A DNA stretch of 63,055 nucleotides, the filler included, from Octopus bimaculoides (taxonomy: Eukaryota): the NCBI RefSeq assembly GCF_001194135.2. It is 4 parts of 4 records of this genome, joined end to end, with 100 filler letters (N's around TTAATTAATTAA, not from the genome) between each part and the next. Parts side by side here need not be neighbours in the genome. Positions count along the whole stretch, not along the records: positions 1 to 13,820 come from NC_068995.1; positions 13,921 to 37,456 come from NC_068982.1; 2 more parts are not named here. The stretch is one strand, 5' to 3'. A model generated the notes under the pieces. The model was not told the DNA's origin, ran no database searches, and worked only from the letters and a program-made list of their open reading frames with translations. The first letter of the stretch is position 1, and every line of letters begins with the position of its first letter. Both the position numbers and the translations under genes were made by a program. Below, in pieces: positions 1 to 14,046 of this stretch.

Positions 1-44
<44 letters not shown>

Positions 45-310
45 CGACGTGTGAAAAAGAAAAAGAGGATTCTTATTACGGCCGAATCCAGTTAACACTG
101 ACACAACGATAAAATATGATTTATGATTAAAAGTGATTTAATCTAAGTTGAAGTGGCACCCAACAAAACATGATGCTGTCGGACATTTTTCTGAAGTGTT
201 TACATAGTCGTCGTCATCACCATAATCATCATCTCCTTCTTCTTCATCACCACCACCACCACCACCATCATCATCCTGATCATCATCAACATCNNNNNNN
301 NNNGGTTGTA

Positions 311-378
<68 letters not shown>

Positions 379-737
379 GATCATCAACATCGTCACCGTG
401 GTTGTAGTCATATCATCATCATTGTCATCGTCATCACCATCACCATCATCATCATTGTTGTCGTTGACGTCATCATCATTATCACCATCATCATTTACAT
501 CACCCCCACCATCATAGCCACCACTATAACCACCACCACCACCACCACTACTCTCACCAATATTTCCACCGTAATCAGCACGCCATATCATCATCCCCAT
601 CATCAACACTACCTCTATCACCACCACTACCACCATCTTCATCACTGCCATTACTACCACCACCACAACCACCACCACCACAACCACCACCACCACAACC
701 ACCACCACCACAACCACCACCACCACAACCACCACCA
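1..737. repeat. Compound (GAT)n/(CAT)n/(CAC)n microsatellites
   Basis: Direct inspection of 1-45 and about 205-737. These explain the poly-M/I/H/V ORFs. Confidence 0.95.
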
Positions 738-3700
738 NNNNNNNNNNNNNNNNNNNNNNNNNNNNNNNNNNNNNNNNNNNNNNNNNNNNNNNNNNNNNNN
801 NNNNNNNNNNNNNNNNNNNNNNNNNNNNNNNNNNNNNNNNNNNNNNNNNNNNNNNNNNNNNNNNNNNNNNNNNNNNNNNNNNNNNNNNNNNNNNNNNNNN
901 NNNNNNNNNNNNNNNNNNNNNNNNNNNNNNNNNNNNNNNNNNNNNNNNNNNNNNNNNNNNNNNNNNNNNNNNNNNNNNNNNNNNNNNNNNNNNNNNNNNN
1001 NNNNNNNNNNNNNNNNNNNNNNNNNNNNNNNNNNNNNNNNNNNNNNNNNNNNNNNNNNNNNNNNNNNNNNNNNNNNNNNNNNNGGTTTTTTGTTTGTTTG
1101 TTTAATCTTTGGCTTCTAATTTAAATATACACTTTAAAAAACATAAAATACTATACTATGATAAATTGCTTGTTAGCCACAACCACCATAACAACAACAA
1201 TAATAATAACAAGAGCACTCGGAGAGTGCAAACCTCCACCAAGGCAACACCAACGTCCTCTCAACGATTAGCCAGAGAGGATTTTTAAAATGAGAATATC
1301 TGAAATAAACTTGACTGCTCTCACAAAAGAGAATACTATAAATGAACCCGACCGCTCTCAAAATTAAAGTGAAAAAAAACCTGAAAAATAATCCAGATTC
1401 CTTGTCCAGCACCTGATCGGTTCCAATGGATTCCCATGGAATGTGAAGGTGGCTGTAGAAAATTTAGTAACAGTAATAATTTGTCCTTATCTAAAACAAG
1501 CCAAAGTTAACAAATTCACCATTCAAAATAGTATCAAAGGTGGAGGTAATAATAAGTTCTACTCAGGAGTTTTTTAATGAATACAATGAGACCTTTTCGT
1601 TTTCTCTTCTCTTAAATTCCGGCCTTCCCTTAGTATTCCTGTTGTTTTAGATTGATGTATAGAGAAAATTGAGAAAGACTTCAAATTTTGTTAGTTTTGT
1701 TAGTTTTGTTATGCAATAGTTCTAGATATGTTATAACGTATTTCGCCAAAGTTTTGTTATAGAGTATTTTAGTTAAACTTCTCATAAAGTATTTCAATAT
1801 AACTTGTTATAACGTATTTCACATAATTTTGTTATAATATATTTTTACTTTGTTTTTGTTTCATTTTTATAATGTATTTTACATAGTTTTGTTATGCAGT
1901 ATTTCAAGCGATTCCGATTTTCTAAATTAAGTTTATATCTTTTCGCATGACTGATTATCTAACACTCGACATTCAACGATCGATCCCAGATTCGGTTCAC
2001 CTGAAACATATCTCTTAAAGACACAAGACGAATGATTCCAAGGAAATTACTCCGGCTTGACACGAGGATTTAGAGAAGACTAAATTATGCATAGCGAAAT
2101 CTTTGCTTTTCCTCTGTGAAATGACTTTCAGCGGATATTGAAACCCCATTGCCTACTCAGTTCATTATGTGAAGTATTATATGATTCATCATGTTTAATC
2201 ATAATAATTCGAAAATTTAAACCACAATCTTCAATTTGATTAAAATAAAATTAGATTGTTTTTTTTAAGAGTATAAAATCCAGCTAATAATTTAAATATC
2301 TCTTTCTCTCTTATCTCTTACTTTCGTATTTAATTTAGATCTCTCCTTCTTTCTCTCTCTTTCCCTCTCTCTCTCTCTCTTTTTCTCTCTCTTTCTCTCT
2401 TCCCCTCTTTCTCTCTCTCTCTCACTCTCTCTTATTCTTCATTTTCTTCTCTTCCCTCTATCTTCTATTTTCTTTAATTATGTAACTAAATCCGACTATA
2501 ATTGCTGTGCTAAGAATTGTCAAATTCGGTCCTTTAAAATATTCTAAATCTTTTTTCAGTCAATGTTAATATCGTCACTATTGGATAATTGCTAAATTAA
2601 TCTCTTCACGATTTACTAATTAACGGCAACTAATTAGATTTTCTCGTTATTTTATGTTTCTTAAATAAATATTTCGTTCAAGATGTGTCATGTGTACAGA
2701 TGTAAATATCTGTGTGTGTATATATGTAACTGTATGTGTTTATGTATGTATTATAGATACATATGTAAATATAAATATACATTCATATATACAAACATAC
2801 ATACATGCATACATACATACATACATACATACATACATACATACATACATAAGTATATGCAAACATATATATATATATCTAGTATATATAAATCACAGTA
2901 TGTGTGTGTATATTGACTAGCGCATGCATTTCCACAATTCTCTACCGTTTTTCACCAAACTTTACACACACATTACTTATGTCCCAAGGATGGTCATGCA
3001 CTATAACATTTTGCCCAGAGCTCCCGCATAAATGGACCAACTTGGAAAAACGGTGGCTTACACGGGTTTTTCTCTAATTCGTTGTATGTACATAGTTTTT
3101 TGTATGTAGAGTCTTCCATAATTTTTTAATCTAATTGGTCGTGTATTGGCATTAGAGACTATTTTTTAGTGGTTTTCACATTTATTTATGTATTATTTAT
3201 ATGTTGAAATTGTATATTATTTACTTTCTATATTTTTTTATATGTGTATTGGTATGTATTGAGTGTTTTGGTTAAAGATTATTATAAAATTGAAAGGATT
3301 TTGTCTATTTATTTATTTCGACTGTCCACCTGCGACAGTGATTAAATTGACTAGGAACACTGTACACGATGAATATCTAATACTAAACAATCTTAATCTC
3401 CATATTTAAACTGCATTAAACTTTGGCATGCTTACCTTTATCTATCCTGAGTTACTTGAAAGGTGATGCTCCCTTCCCTCTCTTCTATTTATTAATGCCT
3501 TTGTTTACCTAACAATGCGTTATTTTGCTTTAAGGATACTTATTTACCCAACCATTATGATATTTTGACTGTTGTCCATTGTTTCAAATACGTTTTAGCA
3601 TTGTCGTTCTAGCCTTTTTAAACAATCACAAGAAATTTCGTTTTCATGTAAAACAACTATATTTTGTAGTCATTATCCGTAATCTACTCCCAAAACACTT

Positions 3701-4272
3701 CAGTGACTCTATTTTGCATCGCTTGCAAACTTATATGTTCTACGATTATTAAAGTGAAACGATCTCCACAATAACCAGCCTTCAATTTGGTTTTCCGTTC
3801 CTAGGTTAATCGGAAATACAGATTGCCGCGCTACTCATAAACCTTCTCAGTAGTTCAGTTATTTGGTGAAAAAATACCACCAAAGCAACTGAAAGCGTCC
3901 AAAGGACGGGTGCGTTTGCTAGTATTTATATATACATATATGAGCGCACATGTATGTGCGTGTGTATATGTGTGTGTATTATACATATATATTATTTTCT
4001 TTTATTCTTTTATTTCGGCCATGCTAGCGCACTACCTTAAAGGCTGAATCTAAAGCACAATTCATTATAAATCTGGTACTTATTCTATCAGGTTCTTTTT
4101 TGTAGGACCACGAAGACGTCAACAAACCAACGCTGGTTGTCAAGTGATGGGGGTTAAACACAAAACGTACGCACAAATATATATATATATATATATANNN
4201 NNNNNNNNNNNNNNNNNNNNNNNNNNNNNNNNNNNNNNNNNNNNNNATAAATGTACATATATATATACATAT

Positions 4273-4673
4273 CTCTTTTACTCTTTTACTTGTTTCAGTC
4301 ATTTGACTGCGGCCATGCTGGAGCACCGACTTTAGTCGAGCAAATCTACCCCAGGACTTATTCTTTGGATGCCTAGTACTTATTCTATCGGTCTCTTATG
4401 CCGAACCGCTAAGTTACGGGGACATAAACACACCAGCATCGGTTGTCAAGTGATGTTGTGGGGACAAACACAGACATACAAACATATACACATACATACA
4501 TACATATATATACATATATACGACGGGCTTCTTTCAGTTTCCATCTACCAAATCCACTCAAAGGCTTTGGTCGGCCAGAGACTATAATAGAAGACACTTG
4601 CCCAAGGTGCCACGCAGTGGGAAGGAACCCGGAACCATGTGGTTGGTAAGCAAGCTACTTACCACACAGCCAC
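4273..4673 (-). mobile_element. SINE family 2 (about 400-430 bp, internal TA/TG microsatellite)
   Basis: Reverse complement of gtggctgtgtggtaag...gggttc(a/c)..cccactgcgtggcaccttgggcaagtg...ccagcatggccgcagtcaaatgactgaaacaagtaaaagag. A partial copy lies at about 3990-4170. Confidence 0.8.
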
Positions 4674-5649
4674 ATATACCATATATACACACATACACTA
4701 TTAGATATTAATACAACTGATGGTTCTTTGATATCGGACTTTAATCGGTTTAATATAGCCGCTAATCCGCTCCCGCCCTCTCTCTCTCTCTCTCCCTCTA
4801 ACTTTAAGCAATAGATCTAAAATGTTTTGTTATTGTTCTTGTTATCATTGTTGTTTAACCTTAAATCAGCCTCGATCGGACACAACTATGATCAAAAGCG
4901 TTCCAGTCAGATTTATCTCACCTCTTCTTTTTCTACAATAGACACCTAAATAACATTAAGAGAATTACTGCAAAAAACATCATCACCAAAGAATCAAACA
5001 GCACCAAAACAAGAGTAAATTTCATTCTTTCATTGACGTTTTTATTTTTAAACAACACGGCAACACCAGTAATGGATTTCAATTCAATCATGTCATATAA
5101 CAGACGTCTACATAAACCATTTACCATTATTTTACTTATGTATACACTCTCCTGTTAACGTGTAATAAATTGCATTGACAAAAATAGGAAATTAAGTTTT
5201 GATTTAAAACAGAAACAGTTTCACGTCAAATACAATATCGTCATAAATTGATGGTTTGGTGTAATTATTTTATCAATTTCGTTAAACATTTTCATTAGTG
5301 ATTACTTAACTCGTTAATATAAGTCTCCGTTGTCTGTCTCCATTGCAAATTTCTCCGCTAACGATCCAACCATGAAACCATTACTTGGTAGTTCGATCTG
5401 CTGAAAGTAGCAGTCAGACCTTTCTCAAAACACATTCTACTGTCATTTTCACTTTTAAATGACACACGAGATCATGTAGCTCTTGATTCGTTATGTGTGA
5501 CAAGAGAAAGAATGATCAGGGCTGAGTGACTTTCGTTAAAAGTTAGCTATTTCAGAACTGACCTTAGGATTAAATATTAAGAACGAACCTTCGATAAACT
5601 ACTGGCGTCATCTATCGCTTCATCCTCGCATTTAAGGTAACTTCTCGAA

Positions 5650-5880
5650 TCGTACCGACTCATAAGGGCCGGTTTCCCGGTTTCATGGCGTATATATTAC
5701 CCACCTGGACGGAAAACCGGTCCGTCGCAGCGTTTCTCATTCTTGCCAGCTGAATGGACTGGAGCAACGTGAAATGAAGTGTTTTGCTCCAGAACAACTC
5801 ATCGCCGGGTCCAGGAATCGAAACCACAGTCTTACGATCATGAGTTCAACATCCTAACCACTAAGCCACGCACTTCCACT
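5650..5880 (-). mobile_element. tRNA-derived SINE family 3 (related head at about 22720-22990, +)
   Basis: Reverse complement reads gtggcttagtggttaggatgttgaactcatgatcgtaagactgtggtttcgattcctgga (A- and B-box-like) followed by gagcaaaacacttcatttcacgttgctccagtcc. Confidence 0.7.
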
Positions 5881-6098
5881 TCCTCGCATTACTAACACAC
5901 TCAGTCTCACCTCGCCTTCACAAACAGCCAGCCTCATATCGTGTACTCCAATAACGAATTAATTAAGACTCACTAAAATGATGACCCTTGTGACATCGAG
6001 TTTATGAAACAGAACAGATGAGTTTACTCGGATAAAAGGGTAGTTGTTGCTTTAATGCGACAGAACAGATGTCTTAGTTTATCAGAAACGTCTCAAAT

Positions 6099-6303
6099 TG
6101 GTAGAATCTTTAGCACGACGGGCAAAATACTTGGCGGCATTTCGTCTGTCTTTACGTTCTAAGTTCAAATTCCGCTGAAGTCGATTTTGCTTTTCATCCT
6201 TTCAGAGTCGATAAAATAAGTACCAGTTTAACATTGGGATCGATGTCATCGACTTACCCTCTCCCAGTAAATTTCAGGCATTGTGCCTATAGTAGAAAGG
6301 ATT
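6099..6303 (+). mobile_element. tRNA-derived SINE family 1 (MetaSINE-like core)
   Basis: A-box-like tggtagaatc, B-box-like aagttcaaattcc, core gcttttcatcctttcagagtcgataaaataagtaccag, tail aaatttcaggcattgtgcctatagtagaaagg. Confidence 0.75.
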
Positions 6304-8232
6304 TTAGTTGATCAGAGAAGCAGATGTCAAGTTGATGAAGGAGAACAGAAAAGTTTAGAGGGAAAGGATAACAGATATCATGCTGAGACAAAAGTACCGA
6401 AGTAGCTTTAGTTAGACAGAACATATGAGACAGGAAAATGCCATGTGTGTGATACAGGAAAGAAATGTCAGTCATGTTAGTGAGACAGAAGGGTATCATA
6501 TTGAAAGAGAAAATGTTGAAGATGTTTTATAGCTGACGACAAGAGATACGGTGGAAACTGAGAGATGAACATATTAACCCCTTCAGATTTCAGTAACAGA
6601 AATTCACACACGTTTTCAACAATAATATACTGAGATCTGCTGGTTTGTTGGAATAGCAGTGATTGATTTAATTGTAATTTAGTGTACCAAATGTAGTTGT
6701 AATATGGCCAAATAGCTAAGTTGACTTTGCAAATATGTTGCCCTGGGTCTGTGTAACATCTTGGGTAAGTCAACTGCTTTGAGTCAACCCATACCATGTG
6801 AATGAAACTCAGTAGACGGAAACTGTATAAAGGCCCGTTAGCTAGATTGTAATTCAAAAAAGGTTCATCTTGTTACGCATTGTGGGACGCTGATTCTGCC
6901 TAGGAATTACATTAAGGGAACATGTGTCTGTGAAATGTTGTCATTTACATGTTAATTCAGGAGCAGGTCATTTATTTGAGTATTTGAGTGAACAAGTGGA
7001 TCCCCATCGTCAAACGACGGAAATCCACCACCAGTGTATCAAAAATAAATCCATACACGGCAAATTATCAATTACATCACTTGTTTTAGACACAGAATCT
7101 ATTATTTAAAAAATAAGTAGTTGGTTCCTTTGAGTATTTGCGATTTAACTTAACTGAAATCCATTAATTGAAACCAGTGGTCGACGAACTTGATAAAAGG
7201 AGCATAAAAAAAATATTGATAAATATTTGTATTTTGTATTTCAAATTCTTTTAATCGAAAAATATTTTAAATAAATTTTTCCTTTTTCTAAGAAAAAAAA
7301 TAGAGAAACAATATAAGAAGAAAAAATGGAGAATGCTAATTGCAAATGGCGACTAGTAAAATCTTTCCATGCAAATGTTGTTATGCTCTTTGAAAAGATT
7401 GAACAACACTGATACTACTGTAAATTGCTTCCATTTTATGGTTAATTTATATATTTTCTTGAGTTTCGTTTCATAAATACTTTTCATTGATTTCTGTAAA
7501 TATGTTATTTAACAAAAATAGCCTGCACCCAGCATCGCTTTAGCTCCAAATTACCGTATGAATATGAGTCTCAAAGAAATGATATTTGAAGAAAGTAAGG
7601 ATGATGTCGAATTTTCCAGTAATATATACTGACGTTTGCGACTCAAGATCGTTTCTCGATTCTTACCACATCATTCAGTTTACAACGCTAAAACACAGAG
7701 GTATGATCAATAAATATTTAAATGTGATGTGTGTGTGTCTGTGTGTGTGTGAGTGTGTGTGTGAGTGTTTGTATATGTGTTTGTGTGTGTGTGTGTGCGT
7801 TTATGTATGTGATTTTCTGGTGTTGTAACTAGAAGATTGCTTATATAGACATGTCTCACAACATGAGAGAAGACAATATTAAAATGAATATTTCCACCTT
7901 GCACATTCTTACACGCAGTGATAAAGTATAAAACAATATATGTGTCTGCATGAATATTTAAGATATGAATATATTTATATACATACAGCCAAACATACAT
8001 TTATATCGGTCGCACACACATAGTGTATGCCTTTTGTTTAAACGCCCATTTGCTGCTCCCTTTTTGTTTAAATGCCCGTTTCACCATTATTGTGGCTCTT
8101 CAATACCATGTATTCGAATCCCCTCGAAATGGATCGCTGGTCTGGTACTTATATGAAAATAGAATGGAGTCTATTTGTTTGTATGCTGCAGCGTAGCACA
8201 CGTGAAAGAAAATTTAATTACGAATTATAATG

Positions 8233-8282
<50 letters not shown>

Positions 8283-9290
8283 ATGCGTGCGTGTGCATGT
8301 GTGTGTCTGTGTATACATGAAGAGAGGAAGGGAGAGAGAAAGAGGCACTTCACATTCTATTCAAGACATTTTCATATGCAGCAGCATGTTTGACAGTATT
8401 TTGAAATTTTCAACATTGTTTACCTATTCATTCCATAAATACTTTGACAAAGACGTAATATTTTTCCGTACCGAATGTTTGAAAGCTTATTTGTTCTCTG
8501 AATATTCTCTAAAGTAGACATTCTGAGAGACATCGCCTTTGAGGTAGTTTATTTTCCTTTTCTTTTCTATTGCTATGAAGATTCGCCCTAAATACTAATG
8601 CTTTTGAAAGGCTACAATCAGTACAACGTTAATGCAGAATACTTTCTGGCGGGAGATTGATTTGAATGGTCAGGTCAATAAGCCTACAATATTTATTTCC
8701 GCAATTGAGACAGTAAAGTAAATGGCACGAATGTAGCTAACTTTTAACATTGTAATTATTAAAAATTTTGCGTTATGTGTCCTGACAGGAAATGTTTACG
8801 AAAATGATCTAAGGAGATTCTAGAAAAATTAGTACGCACATTAAGACTAATGAGGCGATTATACCATAATATCTTCCTTTGTCTATTTTCTTTCAATGAA
8901 ACAGATTATTTGGTATATGATATAAAATACGTATACGTTTGTGTGCGTGCGTGTGTGTGTGTGTGTGTCTGTCTGTATGTCTGTCTTTGTGTGTGTCTGT
9001 GTGTGTACGAAAAAATAAGTAACTACATAAAATTTATGATTTTTATAAATTCTCCAATATTTTGCGAAATATTTTATCAAAAGTCTACAAATTCGAAATA
9101 CCACATAGTCTCTATTCTGAGCTTCTAGCTACATGTGTTTTTTTAACGAGAAATTCAATGTTGACTATGTGACATTTTAAACTTTTCTTCCTTTTCAGTG
9201 TTGTTACACATTCAACAAACTTAGTATATGCTCAAGTATCGCATAGATACTTCTGATGCTGCCGCTACTAATACTACCGCTGCTACAATT

Positions 9291-9497
<207 letters not shown>

Positions 9498-9723
9498 GGG
9501 AAAAGGTATCGGAGGGGTGATACATACCCTGTGCGTCGATAAAAATTATAGTGTGGCTTACAATGCGTTGCTTATACATGCTTTTTAGTTGAATTGAATT
9601 TTTTGTTTTAAAGTATCACCATTATAGGTGTTTATACTTCAGTAAAATTAAGAAATCATCTCGTAAATAAACGAAATCTTCGAATTCATCACTGTACACA
9701 CACACACACACACACACAGTCAC

Positions 9724-9754
<31 letters not shown>

Positions 9755-10439
9755 TGTATGTACCCACACGTATCTACGCTTATAGGTACATCATGGTCTA
9801 TACACACGCAGACGAGGGTCGATTCATATGAAAAAGAAAGTGAACAAAATGAGATACTTAAAGCAAATATTGCATATAATTTAAGTGTTTTCAATGTCTT
9901 TCAATGATGGCAGGTGAATCAAACGTACTGCAGTTCGTTGTAGGATATAAATAATATGATCACTTGCTTACCAGAAAATTTGTAAGTTCGATTTAATTAT
10001 CTTTTTTTAGTATCACCACTATAAGTATTTATACTCTGGTGAAATTAAGAAATCGACTCGTAAATAAACGAAACCCTCGAATCTATCACTGTACACACAC
10101 ACACACACACACACACAGAGTCACATATCTATGTATGTATTTATGTATGTCATTGTTCAGTTTTATTCAGGGTTACTCGACCTGAAGAAAATTCTAACTG
10201 GGTCCCATCTGCAAAGTCATATGTTATTTATCTTGATATGGGGACAGTCGATCACCTCACCCCAGTTCGTAAATGGTACTTTATTTTTATCGAGTCATTG
10301 TATGTGTGCTGAAGAATATGAAAGTATACATAAATACTCTTCTAACTTGAAACTCGAAAAATTTAGAAACATTTTAAGTTTTAATACATAATCAATAAAT
10401 GCACACTCTACATCGGTTAGCTGTATAGTATATGCAAAT

Positions 10440-11722
10440 ACATATATAGCATAAGGGTGCCTATGTGTATATGTACACACACACACAAGCACCCTACATA
10501 TACACACTCACACACATATGCATATATTATATATGTATCATATATATGTACATATATATAATATATATACATTATATGTATGTGTGTGTACCACACATAC
10601 TTATGTACCATATATATGTATATATATATATATATAAGTATATAGGGCACATACATGTGTGTGGGTGTATTATGTATACAGACATATACATACAAATTTT
10701 TATATATGCATATATACATTGTATATGATTGTTTGCGTATACATAACGTATATGTGTATGTATGTATATACATAGATTTAAATATACATTTATGCATGTA
10801 TTTATTATGCATACATATACATACACACATATACCCATACATACATACATACATACTCGTGAGCACATACACACACACACAAAAACACACACACTATAAA
10901 TAAAGAAAAGATAAAAATCAAGAGGACGAAAACTGAAAAGACAAGCGCTGCTGGTGATAGAAAGTTAAGCTAAGTAAAGGAAAGAATGAGAGAGAGGGGA
11001 GGAGAGAGAGAGAGGTTGAGAGAGAGAGAGAGACAAAGAAAGGTAAACTTTAGACAAGAGATAGTAAGAGAGAAGGAGAAAATAAAAGAGTAACACAGTG
11101 ATGGAGTGCGAGGGAGAGTAGGGAAGAAGGGGAGGAAAAAAGAATGGAGATATGCAGTATTTGTGTTTAATATTAGAGATCTAACCTTTCTTTGTACTGT
11201 TTCTGTTTGGTGTTACGTGTTCTTATTTGTTGGATATTTAAGTTGTAAATCTCAAGTAATCTTTCATTTTGATACAGTCAAAGAGTCAATCCAACGAAAT
11301 GAATATCGTTGCGAAGAAAAAAAAAGGTAACTTCGAAATGAGTTAAATGTTGTTTTATTGTAAATCATACAGCTATGTTTTATCTTGTTTTTGTTTTTTA
11401 ATTCAAATAGAAGTTTTGCTTTTATTTTGATACGCAATACTTTTATTCAAAATGTTACATATATAATAAAATGTGTGTGTGTGCGTGTGTATGTGTGTGT
11501 GTGTGCGTGTGTGCTTGTATGAATTCTACTCGCGGCAGGAAAATGATTTCTACAAATCATAGTGTTGCAATGTTATAAACACTTATACTCACACAAACAC
11601 ACATACGCGCGCGCGCGCAAACACATGTAGGAGAGTATGAGTGTGTGTGTATGTTTTATATATGTATATATATGCGCGTATCTCTGTGTGTGCGCATGCA
11701 TAACATACCTACATATATACAT

Positions 11723-11793
<71 letters not shown>

Positions 11794-11920
11794 ATACATT
11801 TATATACATTCGTACATGCATATATATAGATAGACAGTGACAAATATACATATATATATATGTATATGTATGTATGTGTCTTGTACGTAAATGTCTGTGT
11901 GTGATGTGTGTATGTCTGCA

Positions 11921-11953
<33 letters not shown>

Positions 11954-11992
11954 GCGTGTGCTTGTATGTGCATAGATGTATGTCTGTGTGCT

Positions 11993-12025
<33 letters not shown>
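10440..12025. repeat. Degenerate TA/CA/TG/GA microsatellite field
   Basis: Direct inspection. Source of many spurious C/V/Y/I/H/T ORFs. Confidence 0.9.
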
Positions 12026-13164
12026 CGGTTTAATTGTGTGAGAATGCGAGTGGGCAGAGAAAGGGTGCGAATGAAAGAAAAAGAAAGAAAGAAAGAAATG
12101 AACAAGCAAACAAGAATAGTTACAGAAAAAACGAGTTTATTAAATCAATTCAGTTGGTCACCCAATAAGTACTTTTCGTTACGTGACTAAATCCACTCCT
12201 ATACTAAAAACTTTTATATCTGCCAATTTCAATTAACTGATTTTATTGTAGTTGTCTCCCCTGTAGTTTTTAGATTTTACACACTTCAAGAGGTACATTT
12301 TTATTTACAAATTTCATAGATAATCTTTCTCTTAATCAAAGATTTTAAACTTACTATATTAGGATATGTGAAACTCTACCATCCACGTGAGTGTTCACTA
12401 CAATTTGTATAAAACAGTCGATAATTGAAAACTCTAAATTACATTGGAATATCGATTTTTTTCTCCTCTGGTTTCAATATCTCATTCAATCACGGAATGA
12501 TCTGGAAACCTACGTGGAACGCCGATTAGCATGTATTTCAGACTATTTGCTGTAAATTTATATCAAGTCGATGTTCTGTACAGCATGTTCTGGATGTAGA
12601 GCAAAACTTTTAGCCGTCGCTAAAATAAATTAATTCAGTGGACGAAAAAGAGATACTAGCCTTATTAGTTTCGGTCCTATTTTTGGCGCTCTTCAGAGAC
12701 TGGGTACCAATCCCCTATCTGTCCATGAATAGATGCTACATGTCTGTATGTAGGTGTACATATTTGTATGCTACATATCTGTATGTAGGTGTACGCGTGA
12801 TATTGTGTGCGTGTTTGTGTGTGTTTATGTGCGTGTACGTGTGTATGTGTGTGTGTGTGCGAGCATGTGTGTATGTGCGTGCGTGCATGCGTGTGCTTGC
12901 GTGTGCTTGTGTGTGTAGAACATATCTGGTCCATAGTAAGGCACGCAAAACTATATGATATTATTTGCAGGAGATGCCAACTCTGCTCCGAGGAATCCCT
13001 GTCTTTTCTGTGGATCAATGAGAAGATTTTTAATAGAATTTCTGAAAGACCCTCAAGATGTCTACATGCACATAAATGCACTTTCGTACAATGCAGTGGG
13101 AATGAATTTGAGTAACTGTTAACATAATTTATTTTAAGGTTGCAGTAAAGAATCTGAGGTACAG

Positions 13165-13375
13165 TTGTGGGACAGGAAAAGGCCAGCAATTTTAGGGGGA
13201 GAAGTAAGTCGATATCACCGATCCTCATTGCTCAACCGGTACTTATTCTATCGACCCCGAAAGGATAAAAGGCAAAGTTAACCTCGGCGGACTTTGAACT
13301 CAGCATGTAAACACGGACGAAATGCTGCTAAGTATTTTGTCCGGTGTCGTAACGATTCTGCCAGCTCGCCCCCTG
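13165..13375 (-). mobile_element. SINE family 1 copy
   Basis: Reverse complement of the same head, core and tail. Confidence 0.75.
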
Positions 13376-13391
13376 TGTAAGATAGAAAATA

Positions 13392-13619
13392 TTGGGCTGT
13401 CCGGAAAGTTCGTGCCGATTTATATTAGCTTACCTTTCGACTTATTTGCCATGAAACCAGCTCAGTTCTGGGAAGAGGGTATTTTCAAGTTAAAGGAAAG
13501 ATGGAGACGCATTGTGCAACAAAATGGTTCATATTTCGTTGATTAAAAATGTAATGGCAAGTATTTATTGATCTTATTCTTTCCTTTAAAAATCGGCGCG
13601 AATTTTCCGGACAACCCGG
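13392..13619 (+). mobile_element. Mariner-derived MITE / deletion derivative
   Basis: About 30-bp TIRs (ttgggctgtccggaaagttcgtgccgattt versus reverse complement of aaatcggcgcgaattttccggacaacccgg), TA on both sides, internal FAMKPAQFWEEGIFKLKERWRRIVQQNGSYFVD resembling a mariner transposase C-terminus. Confidence 0.8.
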
Positions 13620-13820
13620 TAATACATATTTATGATAGGGATGTTACGATTCTTAATGACTTCGGTATAACTGCGAAATACATTTAATAGAATTCTACGG
13701 TTGAATTTTAATGATTGTTGGAGTGGAGCTGCAGAACATGGAACGGATTCTAGATTTTTATCTCTTCACTAATATAAAACCGATGGACCAATCAAATTGA
13801 CAATTAACAAAAAAAAAAAA

Positions 13821-13920
13821 NNNNNNNNNNNNNNNNNNNNNNNNNNNNNNNNNNNNNNNNNNNNTTAATTAATTAANNNNNNNNNNNNNNNNNNNNNNNN
13901 NNNNNNNNNNNNNNNNNNNN
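13821..13920. other. 100-nt assembly gap marker (44 N + TTAATTAATTAA + 44 N); also at 37457-37556 and 61051-61150
   Basis: Identical layout three times. The palindromic 12-mer puts a stop codon in all six frames. Confidence 0.95.
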
Positions 13921-14046
13921 TCTCAAAATTTTAAAGGAAGAAAAGAACTAATTCAAATTTTTAATGAATACCCAAGACATTGGAAGGATGTAATTTAGAA
14001 GATGAGCTAGCTACTTGAGCTGGAAGTGTTATAGGTAAACATCTAT

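Noticed and set aside
5780-5880. tRNA gene (A/B-box-like motifs, also in other SINE heads)
   Set aside because: The motifs are SINE heads continuing into SINE bodies. I could not fold a convincing cloverleaf.
13865-13876. Palindromic TTAATTAATTAA recurring three times (also 37501-37512 and 61095-61106)
   Set aside because: Always centred in exactly 44 N + 12 + 44 N, so it is an assembly gap marker and not biological.
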